The notes under the pieces are model-generated. The model was not told where the DNA came from. It did not search any database and was given only the letters and a program-made list of their open reading frames with translations. A stretch of 64,000 nucleotides of DNA from Bacteroidia bacterium (GTDB lineage Bacteria; Bacteroidota; Bacteroidia; Bacteroidales; CAJPTX01), in NCBI GenBank assembly GCA_905373475.1, contig CAJPTC010000013.1, forward strand, positions 2,060-66,059, read 5' to 3'. How positions within the stretch are numbered: position 1 is the first letter of the stretch; the number at the start of each line of letters is the position of its first letter. Below are positions 60,287-64,000 of the stretch, piece by piece. The translations under genes and the position numbers were made by a program.

Positions 60287-61504
60287 CTAGTTGAATGCGT
60301 GTATTTTACCAATGTCTGCGGTTGTGTTCAATACCTGCTTTACTTCTTCTGTTGTTGGGTCATATTGCCAGATGCCCGCAGCGTGCTCGCCGCCTGCAGT
60401 GAAAAACATTTTGTTCTTCCAGCGTAAGAGAGCACCACTGTGTCCGTTCGACATCGGTATATCGCTAAGCCGCTTTATCGTTTTATTGTTGAGGTCTATG
60501 ACGCAAGCTGCCGAGTTCCGTGCGGTAAGCGGATCGCCGCTCAATTCCGCAATTCCTACCAATGCAGCCACTTTGCCGTTACCAATGTATTCTACGTTGT
60601 AAAGTGCCGCCGCTTTGTAGGGCGTCCCTTCTATTGTGGTCGTGCTGATATCCCACGATTTCGCCTCATCAAAATCCTGAGAACCATTCGGTATGCACAA
60701 GAAGCCGTTTTTGAGATAGTCGGGGTTGTAAGCAAAGTAACCCGCGCATGCAATCCAAATATCCTTAGCTTCGTTCATGAACATTAAGCCGTTAAACAAC
60801 GGACGTGTGGGGAAGCATAACCCCGTCTTCTTTTCCGAGATCATCTTCAGCACCTTGTCGGTTGCCACATCAATAACGAGTACGTCGCTCTGACGGTAGT
60901 CATCGTAGGGCATATAGTTAGCACCGCCTTGGTTGAGTGGTAAGTAGTAAATGCCGTCGCGTACCATACCCATTGAAGGTTCTGGATTCGTATCGCCATG
61001 TGCATATTCTGCTAAACTCATCTCGCCTGTTTTGCTCATCATTTTCAAATCGATAATCCAGATGATCCCGATTTGATAGAATGTGATGTATGCTTTATCT
61101 GTACTCACAGGAACGAGAAGTCCCGTGCTGTTAGCTACGAGCGGCAATTCGCCCACCTTGTTTAGTTGCTGTCCGTCGCGGTGGTACTTCGTCATGTTAT
61201 GTGTCGTCGCATAAAAACCTGGCATTGTGTACACATCGTCGCCAATTACCGTAACAGGAGCAGCCATATCCAATTGTATAGAGGTACTCAGGTCTAGTTC
61301 TCCACTGATGTTGGGTACCATCTGGATGTACGACGACCCAGATTTCCCGTCAGGGTTCTTTACCGTTGTTTCGAGAAGGTAATTGCCCGCCAACTCATCG
61401 AGCACGGGGAATTTGCTCTCCTCCTTTTTCTCCTTCTCGCACGATGCTCCAAGGAGCATTAGTGCGCTCATGGCTATAAGTAACCAACTTTTCGTTCTGA
61501 TCAT
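60287..61504 (-). CDS. Surface lipoprotein, DUF4374-like (partner of the upstream TonB-dependent receptor)
   Basis: Lipobox LLGASC|EKE, 405 aa, beta-propeller-like composition. It starts 31 nt after the TBDR stop. Size and synteny match the TBDR+DUF4374 pairs of Bacteroidales. The family call comes from context and memory, not a search. Confidence 0.55.
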   Translation of the reverse strand: MIRTKSWLLIAMSALMLLGASCEKEKKEESKFPVLDELAGNYLLETTVKNPDGKSGSSYIQMVPNISGELDLSTSIQLDMAAPVTVIGDDVYTMPGFYATTHNMTKYHRDGQQLNKVGELPLVANSTGLLVPVSTDKAYITFYQIGIIWIIDLKMMSKTGEMSLAEYAHGDTNPEPSMGMVRDGIYYLPLNQGGANYMPYDDYRQSDVLVIDVATDKVLKMISEKKTGLCFPTRPLFNGLMFMNEAKDIWIACAGYFAYNPDYLKNGFLCIPNGSQDFDEAKSWDISTTTIEGTPYKAAALYNVEYIGNGKVAALVGIAELSGDPLTARNSAACVIDLNNKTIKRLSDIPMSNGHSGALLRWKNKMFFTAGGEHAAGIWQYDPTTEEVKQVLNTTADIGKIHAFN

Positions 61505-61535
61505 CTAATATTTTGGTTTTACAGATTGATTCTCT

Positions 61536-63881
61536 TTACTTGAGGATGTAGCGTACTTTGACGCCAAAACTACGACCTGGTAGCGGGCGGTTGAATTCCG
61601 ATAGGAGCTCGGCATTGGCAATGTTCTTTATGCTCCCCGAGATGAAAAGCCTTTGATTGAAAAAACTATGTTCAAGTCCCAGATCGAAGGTCAAACTGCG
61701 AGGAATACGCCGCTGTTGTAATTTCGTAATCTCAAAGTCGTAGAGATACTCTTCGGTGAACGCTATATCGGTATAAAGACGGGTATTTTGCCCTTGTCCG
61801 CCAAAAAGATTTTCGCGGTGGAACTCCAGTCCCGCATTCCCCATAAGCCAAGGTATGTTGGGCATTCGCTTCCCCTTTGTTGGGTTTGGAAGAGTACTTG
61901 CTTCCATGTGTTCTCGTACGTCGCGCAAATCCTGATAAGTGGCATTGACGTAGGCGTAAAGGAAGGAGAACACATCCGCCTTTATTTCAACCTCCGCACC
62001 GATAGAGCGCATCTCGCCGAAATTGACGTATTGCGCGCCAAGGTATCCCTTTTCGTAGCGGATCATGTCTTGTAGGTACATGTAAAAACCGCTGACTTCG
62101 ATCTGAAGGTTGGAATTGTGTAGCCCCGTTAGATCGTAGAGTAGCCCTGCGTTTAGACTTGCATTGCGTTCTGGAAGCAGGCTTTGTGCTGGGGTAATGT
62201 TTATGCCGTCTCCCAATAGTTCCGATTCTGCGGGGATGCGTACATCATAGCCTGCCGAGAGTTTGGCGAGCAACGATGGCGTGATGCGGAAACGTATGGC
62301 ATTGCTTAGCCCCCAGCTCTTGCGCTCCTGTGCAATCTCTTTACGCTCTGTGGTATAGATGTCGCGCAATTGGGTGTTCATAGAGTACAGATAGAATTTG
62401 GCAGTAAGGGAATTAAGGAAACGGTCGGAAGGCGAATGCAAGTCGTAGGTTAGTCCCGATACAATACTATGCATGCGCGAGTTGAAATCCATCTGCATCT
62501 TGAAGGTTTCCTCCTTGAGCGGATCGCGAGGGTAGCCATTGGCAAGAGTATATACCGTATTCCAGTTGAAAACATGCTGTGCGGTAAGGAGGTATTCCAG
62601 ATTGAGCTTACTAAGCAGCGTAAACTTTCTGTTGTCCGATTTTGAAGGCCAACGATTCTCAGTCAATTCGCCGCCTTTTGCTGCATTGGAGGGGTAATGC
62701 CGCCCGTGCCAGTCGTACCACCCTTGTGCGGTATCTATAAGGCTAAATTGTGTGTAACCCGCAACGACGGAAGCTTCGAAGTCCAGACCAGGTGCAAAGA
62801 AATCGGTTTTCTCAAGTTTGCTGGCCAGAACCGCTAAACGGGACACAGTTTCCGCTTTTCGGATGTCGTATTCAATGCCTTGGAGTTCGCGCCGTGTCTC
62901 CGAAAAGGCAGGTTCTATCTCAATTTCATCGAACCACCATTTGTGTGCCTTTATCGAACCACCAAACAAGAGCTTTTGAAAAGCATCATGGTTGCGTCGT
63001 ACCTTCAGGGTTCTTTCTGTGGGGATGCGCATTTCGTAATTATTGGATGCGTAGGTATAGCCACCACCAAGTCCCCAAACAAGACCGAGGTCGCGAACAT
63101 TTCGTTTGAATACCGTTTGCGCCCTGTTCGTATTGAACGATTCGTGCGAATAGCTAAAATCGGCATAGTGGTCGGGGTACTCTTTCAGAACCAAGTTCAC
63201 TGCTCCGCCCATAGACGATCCGCCAAGCTTGGCAGGTACAACACCTTTGTAAACCTCAATGCGGTCTATCATGTCTACAGGGATGTCGTTGAGAGTTAAG
63301 AAGTCGCTCTGGTCGCTCAACGAAGTACCATCGATGAAATAACCGATACGTTTTCCTTCTAGCCCGCGTAACGAGATGCGCGAAGCACTCCCTACGCCGC
63401 CCGATTGACGAATTGCGATACCTACGGTTTTAGAGAGTATGCCTTCCATATCGCTCACTTGCCCCTGAAGCTGTTTCATGCTGATGACCGATATAGGCAT
63501 TGCCTGTTCGCGTATCTTTCGAGCTTCACTCTTTGCCACAATCATTACTTGTTCCAGAGTCTGACTCTCCTCGTGCAGTGCTATCTCTAGCCGTTTGCTT
63601 TCGCCAGCTGCTAGTACTACGTTTTCTGTATGTTGCTCATAACCAATATAGGAGAACTGCACCGTATAGGCTCCCGACGCTAATCCGTCAATGTGAAAAT
63701 CCCCTTTCCTGTCGGTTACCACACCGCGTTTCACTTGTTCTACGTATATGCTTGCGCCAACGAGCGCTTCGCCATTGCGAGCATCTATAATCCGCCCTCT
63801 GATTTGCGTTGTGGGGGCTGCCATTGCACTTGTTACAATCGCTACGATAGAAATGAAGAGTATGAGTACGTTCTGCTTCAT
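61536..63881 (-). CDS. TonB-dependent receptor with CarboxypepD_reg-like N-domain
   Basis: Signal peptide ..TSAMA|APT. The N-domain reads IRGRIIDARNGEALVGASIYVEQ..DRKGDFHIDGLASGAYTVQFSYIGY. The plug reads LEQVMIVAK..VGIAIRQSGGVGSASRISLRGLEGKRIGYFIDG..IDRIEVYKGVVPAKLGGSSMGGAVNL. A ~550-aa barrel follows. Confidence 0.85.
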   Translation of the reverse strand: MKQNVLILFISIVAIVTSAMAAPTTQIRGRIIDARNGEALVGASIYVEQVKRGVVTDRKGDFHIDGLASGAYTVQFSYIGYEQHTENVVLAAGESKRLEIALHEESQTLEQVMIVAKSEARKIREQAMPISVISMKQLQGQVSDMEGILSKTVGIAIRQSGGVGSASRISLRGLEGKRIGYFIDGTSLSDQSDFLTLNDIPVDMIDRIEVYKGVVPAKLGGSSMGGAVNLVLKEYPDHYADFSYSHESFNTNRAQTVFKRNVRDLGLVWGLGGGYTYASNNYEMRIPTERTLKVRRNHDAFQKLLFGGSIKAHKWWFDEIEIEPAFSETRRELQGIEYDIRKAETVSRLAVLASKLEKTDFFAPGLDFEASVVAGYTQFSLIDTAQGWYDWHGRHYPSNAAKGGELTENRWPSKSDNRKFTLLSKLNLEYLLTAQHVFNWNTVYTLANGYPRDPLKEETFKMQMDFNSRMHSIVSGLTYDLHSPSDRFLNSLTAKFYLYSMNTQLRDIYTTERKEIAQERKSWGLSNAIRFRITPSLLAKLSAGYDVRIPAESELLGDGINITPAQSLLPERNASLNAGLLYDLTGLHNSNLQIEVSGFYMYLQDMIRYEKGYLGAQYVNFGEMRSIGAEVEIKADVFSFLYAYVNATYQDLRDVREHMEASTLPNPTKGKRMPNIPWLMGNAGLEFHRENLFGGQGQNTRLYTDIAFTEEYLYDFEITKLQQRRIPRSLTFDLGLEHSFFNQRLFISGSIKNIANAELLSEFNRPLPGRSFGVKVRYILK

Positions 63882-64000
63882 CGAAGTACGTCGTCAGAAT
63901 TCAGCGTTTAGTCAATAAATATTTTTGGAAAACAGCGCAAAGATTGCATTTTTGTTATTAAAAACCAATACATATAAGTGAGAATTCGGCTATTTAGAAA

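Overview
This 64-kb window comes from a Bacteroidota chromosome. The diagnostic features are T9SS C-terminal sorting domains, a SusC/SusD pair, TAnnTTTG -7 promoter boxes and signal peptides cleaved before Gln. The exact taxon cannot be set without a database search, but the gene content resembles a proteolytic Porphyromonas/Tannerella-like Bacteroidales.

Positions ~1.4-44.3 kb form an accessory island of secreted and surface proteins:
- Three tandem paralogous ~9.1-kb genes each encode a ~3,000-aa protein. Each has an N-terminal subtilase (S8) domain, a long train of adhesin/lectin-like domains and a T9SS C-terminal domain.
- A SusC/SusD-like outer-membrane importer pair follows and appears co-transcribed with a C10 (streptopain/PrtT-like) cysteine protease.
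- A BspA-like (DUF285 LRR) surface protein and a 7-module repeat protein come next, both T9SS-sorted.

The spacers around the giant genes are built from short palindromic REP-like modules that occur in both orientations. The giant genes show visible mosaic or gene-conversion tracts at their 5' and 3' ends.

Positions ~44.4-64 kb are ordinary core genes: glyQS, a Na+/solute symporter, prolyl oligopeptidase, an ADP-forming acyl-CoA synthetase, recF-DUF721-nrnA, an AAA/DUF4143 ATPase, and a TonB-dependent receptor with a DUF4374-like lipoprotein.

No rRNA, tRNA, CRISPR array, transposase or integrase was recognised. All domain calls are by-eye motif recognition, not HMM or BLAST results.
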